Below are positions 8,657 through 18,615 of a DNA stretch of 64,000 nucleotides, in pieces. The stretch is from Nitrospira sp. (GTDB lineage: Bacteria; Nitrospirota; Nitrospiria; Nitrospirales; Nitrospiraceae). Below the pieces are notes generated by a model. It did not search any database and was not told the DNA's origin. It saw only the letters and a program-made list of their open reading frames with translations. A program made the position numbers and the translations under genes. The stretch is taken from contig JADYYH010000093.1 in the NCBI GenBank assembly GCA_020853775.1, forward strand, positions 211-64,210, written 5' to 3'. Position 1 is the first letter of the stretch. Each line of letters starts with the position of its first letter.

Positions 8657-9967
8657 GTGCACATCCTGCAAACCGGCATAAAGGTTCTGCTCAGACAGAC
8701 GGCGCTGGTTTTTGCCGGAAAAATGGCGGCGGCCTGCCTGGGTTTTATCATGAGCCTGGTCGTAGCGAGGCTTATGGGACCGGACGAGTTCGGGTTGTTT
8801 TCACTGTTCGTCGTGATTCTGATTCTCGGCAATGATCTGCTTGGAGATGGACTCAATCCTGGGGTCGTCCGTTATTACGCGATGCATAGCATCACGAATC
8901 CGATCAGAGCCTCCGAGGTGTTGACCAATGCGCTTGCCCTGCGACTTCTGGTGGGCATCCCCGTGGTATTGCTAGGGGTGGTTCTCGGAGGTCAGGCCGC
9001 TGAACGACTATTCCAGAACCAGGTCTATGTGCTTCCGATTATGCTTGGCCTGGTCGGGTCCTTCGGCGCGGCTTTGTGGAGTTTTAATCTGGCTGCATGG
9101 CAATCCCGACAGGATTTTTTGACCTATTCTGTGATGGTAGGGCTGGTGAATTTTCTGCGAGTGCTCAGTCTGCCGGTCCTGCTCTTGATGGGACACCTGA
9201 CACTCGGGACCGTTATGGGGCTTCATGTGGTGTTTTTCTATATGTGCACGGTTGCGGGATTATGGATCCTTCGCCCGCATCTGGCTTATGTTCGGCTGAA
9301 TGGGGCACTGCTTCGCGAGCTGTTCCATTTTAGTAAATGGCCGGCATTGGCGAGCACCTGCTTTCTCCTTCAAGTCAATCTCGGGGTTCCGATCCTCAAC
9401 TATTTTTACAGTTCACGAGACGCCGGTGTGTATGCAGCGGGCGTGTCGCTTTTGCAAGGTATAGACTTCCTCACGATCAGTCTATTGACCACGTTGCTCC
9501 CGAAAGTGAGTCAATTGAGCGGGCTCGAGCAATGCCGTGCATATGTCCGGCGCTCATTCCCTCTATACCTGGGGCTCGCCCTCTGCCTCGTTCCGGTGAT
9601 GTTTTTTGCCCAACCTCTTGTGATCGGCCTGTTCGGTTCGGCCTATGAAGGTACCATTCCGGTGTTTCAGATTTTGTTTGTTGGAGTACTGGGAACGCTG
9701 GTGACGCAGCCCTTGTACCTCGTGTTGTATACGATTAACCGCCCTCACCTCTATACGTATTCCGGGTTTGTGGCTCTTGGTGCATGGATTTTCGCAGGAC
9801 TCTGGCTCATTCCCGCATATGGAGCCGTAGGCGCGGCCTTGACGACGTTGTGTGCCCGCCTCATCCAGTCTGTACTGATCGTCGTCATCATCTGGCACGC
9901 ATTGGAGTTCGGCGCGTCGTCGGGTCTGGCTGTACGTTCCATGATCTCGAATGTAAGGGAATCATGA
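8657..9967 (+). CDS. wzx: Oligosaccharide flippase (Wzx/MOP family)
   Basis: About 12 TM; ARLMGPDEFGLF, DAGVYAA, LIPAYGAVGAA motifs; operon context. Confidence 0.88.
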   Translation: MHILQTGIKVLLRQTALVFAGKMAAACLGFIMSLVVARLMGPDEFGLFSLFVVILILGNDLLGDGLNPGVVRYYAMHSITNPIRASEVLTNALALRLLVGIPVVLLGVVLGGQAAERLFQNQVYVLPIMLGLVGSFGAALWSFNLAAWQSRQDFLTYSVMVGLVNFLRVLSLPVLLLMGHLTLGTVMGLHVVFFYMCTVAGLWILRPHLAYVRLNGALLRELFHFSKWPALASTCFLLQVNLGVPILNYFYSSRDAGVYAAGVSLLQGIDFLTISLLTTLLPKVSQLSGLEQCRAYVRRSFPLYLGLALCLVPVMFFAQPLVIGLFGSAYEGTIPVFQILFVGVLGTLVTQPLYLVLYTINRPHLYTYSGFVALGAWIFAGLWLIPAYGAVGAALTTLCARLIQSVLIVVIIWHALEFGASSGLAVRSMISNVRES

Positions 9968-11361
9968 AGACCTCACAGGCGACCGTTGGTCCGAGCTTGG
10001 CCGGTGCCGTTTTGGGAGCCTCCGTGCTGGCGCTCTCCACAAAGGCCCTCGCCATTGTCGTTGCCGGAACGGCATTGGCGGCGATGGCGTCGTCGGCCGT
10101 CTTTCCCTATTACATTCTGGTGGCCACGATCCCCGTTCAGGTCGATCTTTTGGGAGGCATTACCGTTACCAAATTCATCACGCCGTTGGCCATCGGGATG
10201 GTATTGTTCAATGCCTTGATTTATCGCGGCCCTTGGCCGGTCATCGCGCGTTGGCCGGCCGGTTATCTCGCGATTGTATTCTTCGTCACCTCCATGGTGT
10301 CACTGTTCCTCGCGGAAGGCGTACGAGGATTTCCGGGTGAGGCCGCAAAAATTCCCGTCTACTGGGCGCTCTTTTTCTTCACCCTGACCTTCAATCGAAC
10401 GGCCGCTGATTTTCGTCGCCTTCTCTGGATCATCACCATCACCGGTATTGCGGAGGCGCTCATTACGGCCGCACAAGTGCAGTACGGGTTTGTCATGCCC
10501 GGAGATTGGCGGAGCAATATCGGTTTGCCGAGTGAAGGAGGGATGGACGGCGCGTTCATGTCTTTTTCTGAGGGAAAAATAAGAGCCGAGGGCACAACCG
10601 CCCATCCGATTCTGCTCGCAAGCTTTTTCTTGATGGCGATCCCGTGCACGGCTTTTCTCTTCATGACGGAAGGCTCCTCTCGGGTCAAAGTATTTCTGTG
10701 CGGCGCGCTTGTTTTGATGGGCTATGCCTGGTTCTACACGTTCGCTCGAAGTTCCATTATTGGTTTTGCAGTCGTATGTGTCGTGACCATGTGGTTTCAC
10801 TCGAAGCTCACTCGAAATCTGGTCTTGGCCGGCATCGGGATTCTCATTACAGGCTTGTTAAGTTATCAGGTGATCTCGCAAGTATTTCAGACCGGCATTC
10901 AACTGTTTGACAGTCAGAGTCTGTTCGGGAAAGCCGACTTGAACGACGGCAGTGGAAGCTTCGATTTTCGAATTGAATCCATCGTCGGTGGATGGAATCT
11001 CTTCTGGGTTCATCCGTGGTTCGGTGTCGGATTTGGTCAGTCGATCAATCACTACACAACATATTTGCCGGCCTGGGCCACCCATCCATTTCACCCTGCC
11101 ACGATTCACAATGTGTTCCTAGAGGTGGCGTGCGAACTGGGAGTCTTTGCGACATCGGCGTTCATTGGCTTGTGGATCTGGGCATTTGTCTCAGTGAGGC
11201 GCGCGCTTCGTATTGTCGAACTGAGACCATACGCCGTGTTACTCCTCGGCATCCTGCTGGGGCAAGCGGCCTTTTTAATGATTACCCCGATGGTAAGAGA
11301 AATCTGGCTGACGTTGGCCATGGCGACTGCCATTGGCCATATGGCGAGGAAAGCGACATGA
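9964..11361 (+). CDS. O-antigen ligase/polymerase family protein (Wzy_C), probable polymerase
   Basis: Multi-TM protein with TFARSS, PWFGVGFG, HNVFLEVACELG. ATGA overlap at 9964. Confidence 0.82.
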   Translation: MKTSQATVGPSLAGAVLGASVLALSTKALAIVVAGTALAAMASSAVFPYYILVATIPVQVDLLGGITVTKFITPLAIGMVLFNALIYRGPWPVIARWPAGYLAIVFFVTSMVSLFLAEGVRGFPGEAAKIPVYWALFFFTLTFNRTAADFRRLLWIITITGIAEALITAAQVQYGFVMPGDWRSNIGLPSEGGMDGAFMSFSEGKIRAEGTTAHPILLASFFLMAIPCTAFLFMTEGSSRVKVFLCGALVLMGYAWFYTFARSSIIGFAVVCVVTMWFHSKLTRNLVLAGIGILITGLLSYQVISQVFQTGIQLFDSQSLFGKADLNDGSGSFDFRIESIVGGWNLFWVHPWFGVGFGQSINHYTTYLPAWATHPFHPATIHNVFLEVACELGVFATSAFIGLWIWAFVSVRRALRIVELRPYAVLLLGILLGQAAFLMITPMVREIWLTLAMATAIGHMARKAT

Positions 11362-12638
11362 CACAGCTCCGCGCACTTCATTTGCGTAATTGCCGAGGGA
11401 TTACCGATATCACCGGGCCTGAAAACTATTTGCTGTCGCTTATTCCAAGGCTCAATCAGCAAGGGTGTGAAGCAAGTCTTGCCTGTGTGGTCGATCCTGA
11501 GCGCGGGGAAACACCATGGCTGAACGAAGCCAAGCGGTGTGGCTTGCCGATGGTCACGATTCCGGTGACCAACCGGCTGAGCGTGCGTGATGTATTGGCT
11601 GTCGTCCGGCTGGTTCGGGAGAGAGGAATAGACATTATTCATACCCATGACCATCGGGCCGATGCGGTTGGAATCATGGCTGCACGGATCACAGGATGCG
11701 CCGTGGTCGCCACGTTTGCCGGATGGACCAATTGGCCGTCGGGAACTCTGCGAGGGACTTTATATCCTTGGATTGATCGTCAGGTGCTCGGGTACGCAGA
11801 CGCTCTGATTTCAGATTCGGCGATGATGGCCGCTCAGATCGATCAAGGAACTTCGGGACCGCCGGTTGTAGTCATTCCAAATGGCGTAGACACGGAAGTA
11901 TTTCATCCGGACAGTCCGAACCGCCGAATGTGGGAATCTGGCGAAGGGCAGCAACCATTTGTCCTAGGTATGGTGGGACGGATTCACCCCAACAAAGGCC
12001 AACTGGAATTCCTCAAAACGGCGGCGACGATAACGAAGAGCCATCCTGAATGCCGGTTTCTGATTGTGGGAGAAGCTCCGCCAGGTTACGAACCATACAA
12101 GGCCGACGTATTGCGGTTCATCGAAGAAAAAGGACTGGAAAATGTGGTGACCGTCACCAAAGCGAGCAGAGCGCAGATACCGGGCATCGTAGCCGGCATC
12201 GATATGTTAGTGGCTCCATCGTTCACAGAAAGTTTTAGTTTTGCACTCATCGAAGCCATGGCCATGGGGAAACCTATCGTAGCCACGAACTCTGGGGGCA
12301 CCCCTGAGCTGATCGCACACAATGAGACCGGTGTGCTCATCGATCCTGGGAATGTTGAGCTTCTCACTCTCACGGTGCGCGATCTGATGAAAGACCAGGC
12401 AAGAATGAGACGTTTAGGGACAACAGCGTGTGAATACGTGCAGCGGCATCTCAGCGTTCAGTCAATGTCAGTGAAGACGTTAAATATTTACCGAGAAGTG
12501 GTTGCGTGGCGCAAACAACGCCGAACAGGTGTCTTTCAGGGGCCTGCCCTTGGTGAACGATTGCGGCAGACGTTGGTCCTGGATAAGAGACAGACTGAAC
12601 CTGAACCTCTTCGCCATCTTGATGCTGACGTAAACTGA
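11358..12638 (+). CDS. GT4 glycosyltransferase
   Basis: DIIHTH, VIPNGVD, ESFSFALIEAMAMGKPIVAT..GGTPE. ATGA overlap at 11358. Confidence 0.92.
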   Translation: MTQLRALHLRNCRGITDITGPENYLLSLIPRLNQQGCEASLACVVDPERGETPWLNEAKRCGLPMVTIPVTNRLSVRDVLAVVRLVRERGIDIIHTHDHRADAVGIMAARITGCAVVATFAGWTNWPSGTLRGTLYPWIDRQVLGYADALISDSAMMAAQIDQGTSGPPVVVIPNGVDTEVFHPDSPNRRMWESGEGQQPFVLGMVGRIHPNKGQLEFLKTAATITKSHPECRFLIVGEAPPGYEPYKADVLRFIEEKGLENVVTVTKASRAQIPGIVAGIDMLVAPSFTESFSFALIEAMAMGKPIVATNSGGTPELIAHNETGVLIDPGNVELLTLTVRDLMKDQARMRRLGTTACEYVQRHLSVQSMSVKTLNIYREVVAWRKQRRTGVFQGPALGERLRQTLVLDKRQTEPEPLRHLDADVN

Positions 12639-12651
12639 AAATGAGGAAAAG

Positions 12652-13656
12652 ATGGGAATACGTGTAACGGTCGTCATCCCGGCCTACAACGCTACCAAGA
12701 CGATTCATGACGGGTTGGATTCCTTCGCGCGTCAATCCTTCCCGGCGGGTGAGGTCGAGCTGATCATCGTCGATGACGAATCGACGGATGGCACACCTGA
12801 ATATATCGAACGCTACGTCAAGGATTGGGGCAGCGCGCACCCGAGGGTGCGCGTGCTTCGTCAGAAGCATCGGGGCCCGGCGGCGGCCAGGAATTTAGGC
12901 GCAGATGCGGCCGAAGGAGAATTTCTTCTGTTCACCGACGCCGACTGCGTGCCGCATGTCGACTGGATCAAGGAAATGGTGGCGCCGTTCCAGTCACCGA
13001 GTATTGCCGCGGTGAAAGGTGCCTATAAAACACAGCAACGCAGCCTCGTGGCGCGCTTCGCCCAGGCCGAGTTTGAGGCTCGGTATCGCCAATTGGCGGC
13101 CGCCGAGTATGTGGACGTGGTCTTTTCCTACTCGGCGGGATTTAGGCGAGAGGTATTTTGCTCCATCGGCGGGTTCGACACCAGTTTTCCCGTCGCCGAC
13201 AACGAAGACACGGATCTTTCGTATCGGGTCGCGACGGCCGGGCACAAGATTAAGTTCAATCCGGCGGCGATTATCTATCATCAACATCCGTCGACGCTGA
13301 AACAGTATCTGCGGAAGAAACATAGCCGGGCCTACTGGCGAGTCATGGTGTACAAGCGGTTTCCGCGCAAGGCCATTCGAGATTCCTATACCCCGCAAAC
13401 GCTCAAGATTCAGATCGGCGCGGTCGTCCTGGGCGCAGGTGCGCTGGCGTCGATGCCGCTTGTGCCGATTGCTGGCTATGTCGCAGCGCTTGCAGGCGGA
13501 CTGTTTACCGCCACCGCCTTGCCGTTTCTGTGGCAGCTGCCCCGCGAGGATCCGGGATTGCGAGTGGCCGCGCCATTCCTGTTGGTGTGTCGGGCGGCCG
13601 TGATGGCGTCAGGTTTGATGCGAACTGTGCCGCTGCTCATGAGGAAAACGAACTAA
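12652..13656 (+). CDS. GT2 glycosyltransferase with C-terminal TM helices
   Basis: VVIPAYN, IVDDESTDGT, GPAAARN, FTDADC, GGFD, EDTDL. Confidence 0.92.
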   Translation: MGIRVTVVIPAYNATKTIHDGLDSFARQSFPAGEVELIIVDDESTDGTPEYIERYVKDWGSAHPRVRVLRQKHRGPAAARNLGADAAEGEFLLFTDADCVPHVDWIKEMVAPFQSPSIAAVKGAYKTQQRSLVARFAQAEFEARYRQLAAAEYVDVVFSYSAGFRREVFCSIGGFDTSFPVADNEDTDLSYRVATAGHKIKFNPAAIIYHQHPSTLKQYLRKKHSRAYWRVMVYKRFPRKAIRDSYTPQTLKIQIGAVVLGAGALASMPLVPIAGYVAALAGGLFTATALPFLWQLPREDPGLRVAAPFLLVCRAAVMASGLMRTVPLLMRKTN

Positions 13657-13686
13657 CGATTGATGTTACGGAGAGGGAGGCGAGTC

Positions 13687-14289
13687 ATGCGACGTATTCT
13701 TCACACAAGCTGGGCTGTTTGTTCCATGGTGCTGTGCCTGCTGGGGGGCGCGCAGGCCTCTGAAAATGAGTTGCCTCTGGTGCCGGCCGTTGAAGCCGGC
13801 TGGAGTGGCCCGTTCCGGTTGGGCGCGGGAGACGTGCTCAATGTGTTCATTTGGAAGCATAAAGAACTCTCAACGATTGTGACCGTCCGTCCTGACGGGA
13901 AGATCAACTATCCGTTGATCGGCGAGATTGAGGCGAAAGGTCTGACCCTGGGGGAAATCGAAGACCGCATTAACAAGCAACTCAAGCAGCATATCCAGGA
14001 TCCGCAGGTCACGGTGATCTTGGAGGCGACCCACAGTTTCCGTATCTTCGTCCTGGGTGAAGTGATGCAGCCGGGCGTCTTCGATCTCAAGGGACCGGTG
14101 ACCGTCATTCAGGCCTTGGCCATGGCTCGCGGGCTCACCACGTTTGCGTCCCGGAACAAAATTTTCATCGTCAATCCCGCGCGCGGCAACGAGCAGCGCA
14201 TTCCATTCAGTTATAGCAAGTTCGTACAAGGGGAAGACACGAATCAGAATGTGATGCTTCGGCCCGGGGACACGGTCATCGTGCCGTAA
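13687..14289 (+). CDS. wza: Polysaccharide export protein (Poly_export + SLBB, Wza-like)
   Basis: FRLGAGDVLNV, VRPDGKINYPLIG, GEVMQPG, LRPGDTVIVP. GGAGG SD before ATG 13687. Confidence 0.88.
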   Translation: MRRILHTSWAVCSMVLCLLGGAQASENELPLVPAVEAGWSGPFRLGAGDVLNVFIWKHKELSTIVTVRPDGKINYPLIGEIEAKGLTLGEIEDRINKQLKQHIQDPQVTVILEATHSFRIFVLGEVMQPGVFDLKGPVTVIQALAMARGLTTFASRNKIFIVNPARGNEQRIPFSYSKFVQGEDTNQNVMLRPGDTVIVP

Positions 14290-14328
14290 TGGCGGGCAAC
14301 CAACTATTTCGGAGGAAAGTAATCGCAC

Positions 14329-15654
14329 GTGCTGCACAGTACGCCAGACCAGCCTGCCACTGCGGGCAGAGTGACCGAGCGGCTCTCCAGTGTGAGTCCT
14401 CTGTGGGGCCGCCGTGTCCTGTGCGGCATTGTGCTCTCTGCTGCCGGGCTGTTCGTGCCGTCGATGTTGTGCGCGGAGGAATCTGAACATGCGGAATTCA
14501 TTCGTCCTCAACGTGAGTTCGGTGAGTTGCCGTCATGGCAGAACCAGATGGGATATGAGCGAATGCCGGTGTCTGAAAAATTGCTGCTGGGAATCCCGAC
14601 TCGCCGGGAGGGGTTTACTCCGCGCCTGACCGTCACCGAGCAGTATACGGACAACGTGTTCTTCACTGCTCAGAACCGGGGGACCGACTATATCACGAAG
14701 ATTGCGCCGGGCTTCAGCTATATGACGTCAGGACGTCATGGGCAACTTACTGCGGATTACGCCATGGAGTCCAGAATGTACGTCAACAATACTAATCAAA
14801 ATCGGGCCGTCTCCAGGCAAAACGGAGAATTGCTTGCTTTGCTTGATCTGACGAGCCGAACGACGTTGACGCTTTTTGAGCGCTTTGAATCTTTTCAAGA
14901 TCCCACCGAACAACAGGTGCCCGGTATTCTGGGAACATTCGGCCGCACATCAATCAATATGGGCGCCCTGATGATTAAACATAGGCTGACACCGGCTGTT
15001 GACCTCCTTGTCAACTATGGGAACTTTCTCTGGTCGGTCGATGCGCCGGGGGCGATCAATAGCATGACTCACGAGGGCGAACTTGGTGTCAGAGTACGCG
15101 AGTCACATTGGGGACGGACGACTGTCAAATATCGGTTTCGCTTTTTCAATTTTCAACAAGGCCGTGATCTCCAATCCCATTCGGCGATGGTGGGACACGA
15201 GATGGATCTCTCTGAGACGCTGGCCGTGAGTGGAACGCTCGGAGCGGTTCGTGTCGCCCCGACCCCCTCGACACTCAACTTAATGGCTCAGGCCTCCATC
15301 AAAAAATCCATCGGAGAGGCGCTGTACGAGTTGAGCTATATGCGGGACGTATTTCCTCCTTCAGGAGGCATCAGCCAGCCGCTCGTTGGAGATTTTGTTC
15401 GGGCATCAGCCAAAATCAGGATCGCAAACGGGTTTCTCTTGGATGCGGGACTGGTATGGGTCTTGACCAGTACCAGCTCGGACGATTTGAAGGTGAACAC
15501 ATTGAAATGGAACGCGGGGATTTCCTATGCCCCCACATCGTGGCTCGTGGCTCGAGTGGGATATGACATGTTTGATCAACGGGAGGATCTTTTTGGTACG
15601 TCCACGAGTCGTGCAGCAAACAAGATCAGTTTGAGACTGACTGCCTCATTTTGA
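14329..15654 (+). CDS. Outer-membrane beta-barrel protein associated with polysaccharide export
   Basis: Signal-like segment, YTDNVF motif, alternating amphipathic strands, C-terminal Phe (LRLTASF). Exact start uncertain. Confidence 0.72.
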   Translation: MLHSTPDQPATAGRVTERLSSVSPLWGRRVLCGIVLSAAGLFVPSMLCAEESEHAEFIRPQREFGELPSWQNQMGYERMPVSEKLLLGIPTRREGFTPRLTVTEQYTDNVFFTAQNRGTDYITKIAPGFSYMTSGRHGQLTADYAMESRMYVNNTNQNRAVSRQNGELLALLDLTSRTTLTLFERFESFQDPTEQQVPGILGTFGRTSINMGALMIKHRLTPAVDLLVNYGNFLWSVDAPGAINSMTHEGELGVRVRESHWGRTTVKYRFRFFNFQQGRDLQSHSAMVGHEMDLSETLAVSGTLGAVRVAPTPSTLNLMAQASIKKSIGEALYELSYMRDVFPPSGGISQPLVGDFVRASAKIRIANGFLLDAGLVWVLTSTSSDDLKVNTLKWNAGISYAPTSWLVARVGYDMFDQREDLFGTSTSRAANKISLRLTASF

Positions 15655-15696
15655 GGAAATGATGTAACCGGTGCGCTTGCTGAAGACAAGAGGTAG

Positions 15697-16572
15697 ATGG
15701 TGATGCACAAAATAAAACGAAAAATTGTAAAGATTCTGGGGCGTATACTCGAGGCGAGTATGCCAGCAACTTCTGCAAATGTGGCATACAACAAAGTGCT
15801 TTGGAATCGCTATGCACGGTCCTGGAATTATATGAAGAGAGTGATACCTGTTGAGAATTGTGAAGTTGCCGTATCCGAACGAGCATCCTATCTCAAGAAC
15901 CTTGGGGACGAATGGGGCCGGCTCACTGACATTGAACAGATTGTTGCGCAGTACATTTATCCCTTCGTGACTCCTGAAAGCGTTGTTGGAGAGATTGGGT
16001 CGGGAGGGGGACGGATCGCATTGCGGGTAGCTCCGAAAGTGGGACAGTTTTATTGCTTCGATATTTCATCGGAAATGCTGAAGAAGGCAAAGGCCGCCTT
16101 GGGAGGAAGTGCAAATGCGACCTACGTTCTCTTGAAGGAAACGGTTCTTCCATCAAATCTGAAAGGCCAGTTAGATTTTATCTATGCCTTCGACGTGTTT
16201 GTGCACTTAGACCTCCATACCTTGTGGAAATACTTTCAGGAGATTGCAGGAGTGCTCAAGAGCGGGGGGCGGGCATTCATCCATACCACGAATCTCCGAG
16301 CCCCTGACGGTTGGAAGCGTTTTGTAAGTCAGAATGAATATTCCATTTTGGGCCATTACTTTATTTCGCCGGAAATCGTTGAAGTTTTGGCTTTTCATAG
16401 CGGGTTGCGAATTATCAAGGCATCACCTCCCGTATCGGATAGCAGCGAGACGAACTATTACTTAAGAAGGGATTTCCTGGTCGTTCTGGAGAAAATGCCT
16501 GAAGGTGTATCTCCCAATTTATCCGTGGAGAGCGGATCGGAGCGCACACCACAAAGGAATAAGCCACATTAG
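15697..16572 (+). CDS. Class I SAM-dependent methyltransferase (lower GC)
   Basis: VGEIGSGGGR, FDISSEML, DFIYAFDVFVH, LKSGG. Confidence 0.85.
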   Translation: MVMHKIKRKIVKILGRILEASMPATSANVAYNKVLWNRYARSWNYMKRVIPVENCEVAVSERASYLKNLGDEWGRLTDIEQIVAQYIYPFVTPESVVGEIGSGGGRIALRVAPKVGQFYCFDISSEMLKKAKAALGGSANATYVLLKETVLPSNLKGQLDFIYAFDVFVHLDLHTLWKYFQEIAGVLKSGGRAFIHTTNLRAPDGWKRFVSQNEYSILGHYFISPEIVEVLAFHSGLRIIKASPPVSDSSETNYYLRRDFLVVLEKMPEGVSPNLSVESGSERTPQRNKPH

Positions 16573-16577
16573 GTGTC

Positions 16578-17771
16578 ATGTTTCAAACGCATAGTGGGCG
16601 TGATGCCAAAGCAGTACAGATGAGCATTTTAACCGAGAGATTGCGCATTGTATTTATTGCCCCGGCGCCACGTGCCGGAACCGTGCAGTATACCCACAAC
16701 TTGGCCAATGCATTGGTGGACCGAGGCCATCGCGTCACGTTGGTCACGGGCTTGGGGTTCGAACTGGCTGACTATCCTCGAAAGTATACGGCGATGGAAG
16801 TGTTTGATCGTTATCGGCCCAGGCCGCTTCGGCTCTGCCGCTTCCTCTGGCATTGCGTGACCTTTCGGCCACAGATCATCCATTTACAAGGTGCGCAACA
16901 TCCGGCGCTGTATATCCTTTTGTGGGCAATGTTGCGACTCATTGGGAGTGCCTCATTTGTCTACACTCCGCAGGATGTTTTGCCCAATTCGTTACGGCCG
17001 TATCACATCCGCGCGTTCCGCTTTCTGTATGCCCGTATGCGGCACGTATTTCTCAATGCCAAACAGAATGAGCCTCTGGTCGTTGAAAATTTTGCGGTTC
17101 CCCGGGAACGTATCACGGTGTTGCCCATCGCCGATCTGACGGCCTTCGTGCGAGAGCATGTGACCGCAGAGCGTCCGGACATTCCTGTCGGTTCACGCGT
17201 GGTGTTGTGCTTTGGCTTGATTGAGCCGCGGAAAGGGATTCATACACTGCTTTCTGCCGCGCCGGAGTTTCTACGGCAGGTTCCGGAAGCCTTGCTGGTG
17301 ATTGTCGGAAAGCCGCTGATGGACATCGCTCCGTTGCAGCAGCAGCTGACGGAGTTGGGTCTGCAAGCGCGTGTGCGGCTGGTGCCGCAGTATGTGAGTT
17401 TTGCGCAAATGGCCGGGTATTTTACGTCCGCGCGATTGCTGGTTCTGCCGTACGAAAATGGGTGGAACAGCGGTGTTCTCGCCTCGGCCTTCGGGTTTGG
17501 AAAGCCGGTGGTTGCGACGCGTGTCGGCGGATTCGACGAGGTTGTGACCGACGAGTCGACGGGATTGCTCGTGCCTCCCAAGGACCCCGCCGTGCTCGCA
17601 CAGGCGATTGTGCGCGTATTGCGTGATGAGGCGCTGTACACCCGGATGGTCGCGAATGTGCAGACCGCGGCAGGAGATATCTCCTGGGAGGCAATCGCAC
17701 GGATCACCGAGGGGCGCTATGTGGATGTGTTAGGGATTGGAGCCGGTTGTGCAGTATCGCAAGCTCGGTAA
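16578..17771 (+). CDS. GT4 glycosyltransferase
   Basis: FGLIEPRKG, LPYENGWNSGVLASAFGFGKPVVATRVGGF. Confidence 0.92.
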   Translation: MFQTHSGRDAKAVQMSILTERLRIVFIAPAPRAGTVQYTHNLANALVDRGHRVTLVTGLGFELADYPRKYTAMEVFDRYRPRPLRLCRFLWHCVTFRPQIIHLQGAQHPALYILLWAMLRLIGSASFVYTPQDVLPNSLRPYHIRAFRFLYARMRHVFLNAKQNEPLVVENFAVPRERITVLPIADLTAFVREHVTAERPDIPVGSRVVLCFGLIEPRKGIHTLLSAAPEFLRQVPEALLVIVGKPLMDIAPLQQQLTELGLQARVRLVPQYVSFAQMAGYFTSARLLVLPYENGWNSGVLASAFGFGKPVVATRVGGFDEVVTDESTGLLVPPKDPAVLAQAIVRVLRDEALYTRMVANVQTAAGDISWEAIARITEGRYVDVLGIGAGCAVSQAR

Positions 17772-18615
17772 GACTGATCTCACGCCGTCGGTGCTGGGGT
17801 TCGGGTGTTCGATGATCGCATCGCTCGCGACACGTTATCCGCGCGCCGAAGTGGAGGCGACGCTTTGTGAAGCCAGAGAGGCCGGCGTGACGTTTTTCGA
17901 TACGGCCGATGTCTATGGGCAAGGGGACAGCGAACGTCTGCTCGGGAAACTGTTTCGGAGTCAGGGCGAAGGGATGATTCTCTGTACTAAGGCAGGATTA
18001 ACGGTCGGTCCTCTGGAAAACCTGATTCGACTCGCAAAACCGATCCTCAATCCGATCATGCGGCGCTGGCGAACCGCGCAAGTGGCGACCACGCAGGCGC
18101 GCCGTCATCAGGAGCGACAGTGTTTCGATCCGGACCATCTTCGCCGTCGAATCGAAGGCAGTCTGCGTCGCCTCACTGTGGATCGGATCGATCTCTTTTT
18201 GCTGCACAACCCTCCGGTTGATATGCCACTGCGAGATGCGGTGTTCGAACTGCTCACCCGCTGTAAGGCCCAGGGCAAGCTGCGGCAGATCGGCGTATCC
18301 TGTCGGACGTTGGACGATGCCTATGGATGGCTCGGACAGCCGGAGGTCGCCTGTGTGCAGATTCCCCTTGATGGCACCTGCATTGACTCAGCCCGTCCAC
18401 TATTGGAACGCGCGCGAGCCCAGCAAGTGGGCGTCATTGCGCGGGAGGTGTTTGCACACGAGGCTTTGGCCAGGGGTTCCGTATCCGAGGCCTTGCGGCC
18501 GCTCGTACAACATCCCGAAATCGGCGTCGTGCTCGCAGGAATGAGTTGCCGGCGGCATGTGCAGGAGAATATACGCGCGCTCGACGTCGCGATGAGGTGT
18601 GGTCATGTTGCTTGA
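17749..18615 (+). CDS. Aldo/keto reductase
   Basis: YRKLGKTDL..LGFG; catalytic tetrad D/Y (FDTADVYG), K (TKAG), H (LLHNP). GTG 17749 has a GGAG SD. Confidence 0.88.
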   Translation: MQYRKLGKTDLTPSVLGFGCSMIASLATRYPRAEVEATLCEAREAGVTFFDTADVYGQGDSERLLGKLFRSQGEGMILCTKAGLTVGPLENLIRLAKPILNPIMRRWRTAQVATTQARRHQERQCFDPDHLRRRIEGSLRRLTVDRIDLFLLHNPPVDMPLRDAVFELLTRCKAQGKLRQIGVSCRTLDDAYGWLGQPEVACVQIPLDGTCIDSARPLLERARAQQVGVIAREVFAHEALARGSVSEALRPLVQHPEIGVVLAGMSCRRHVQENIRALDVAMRCGHVA

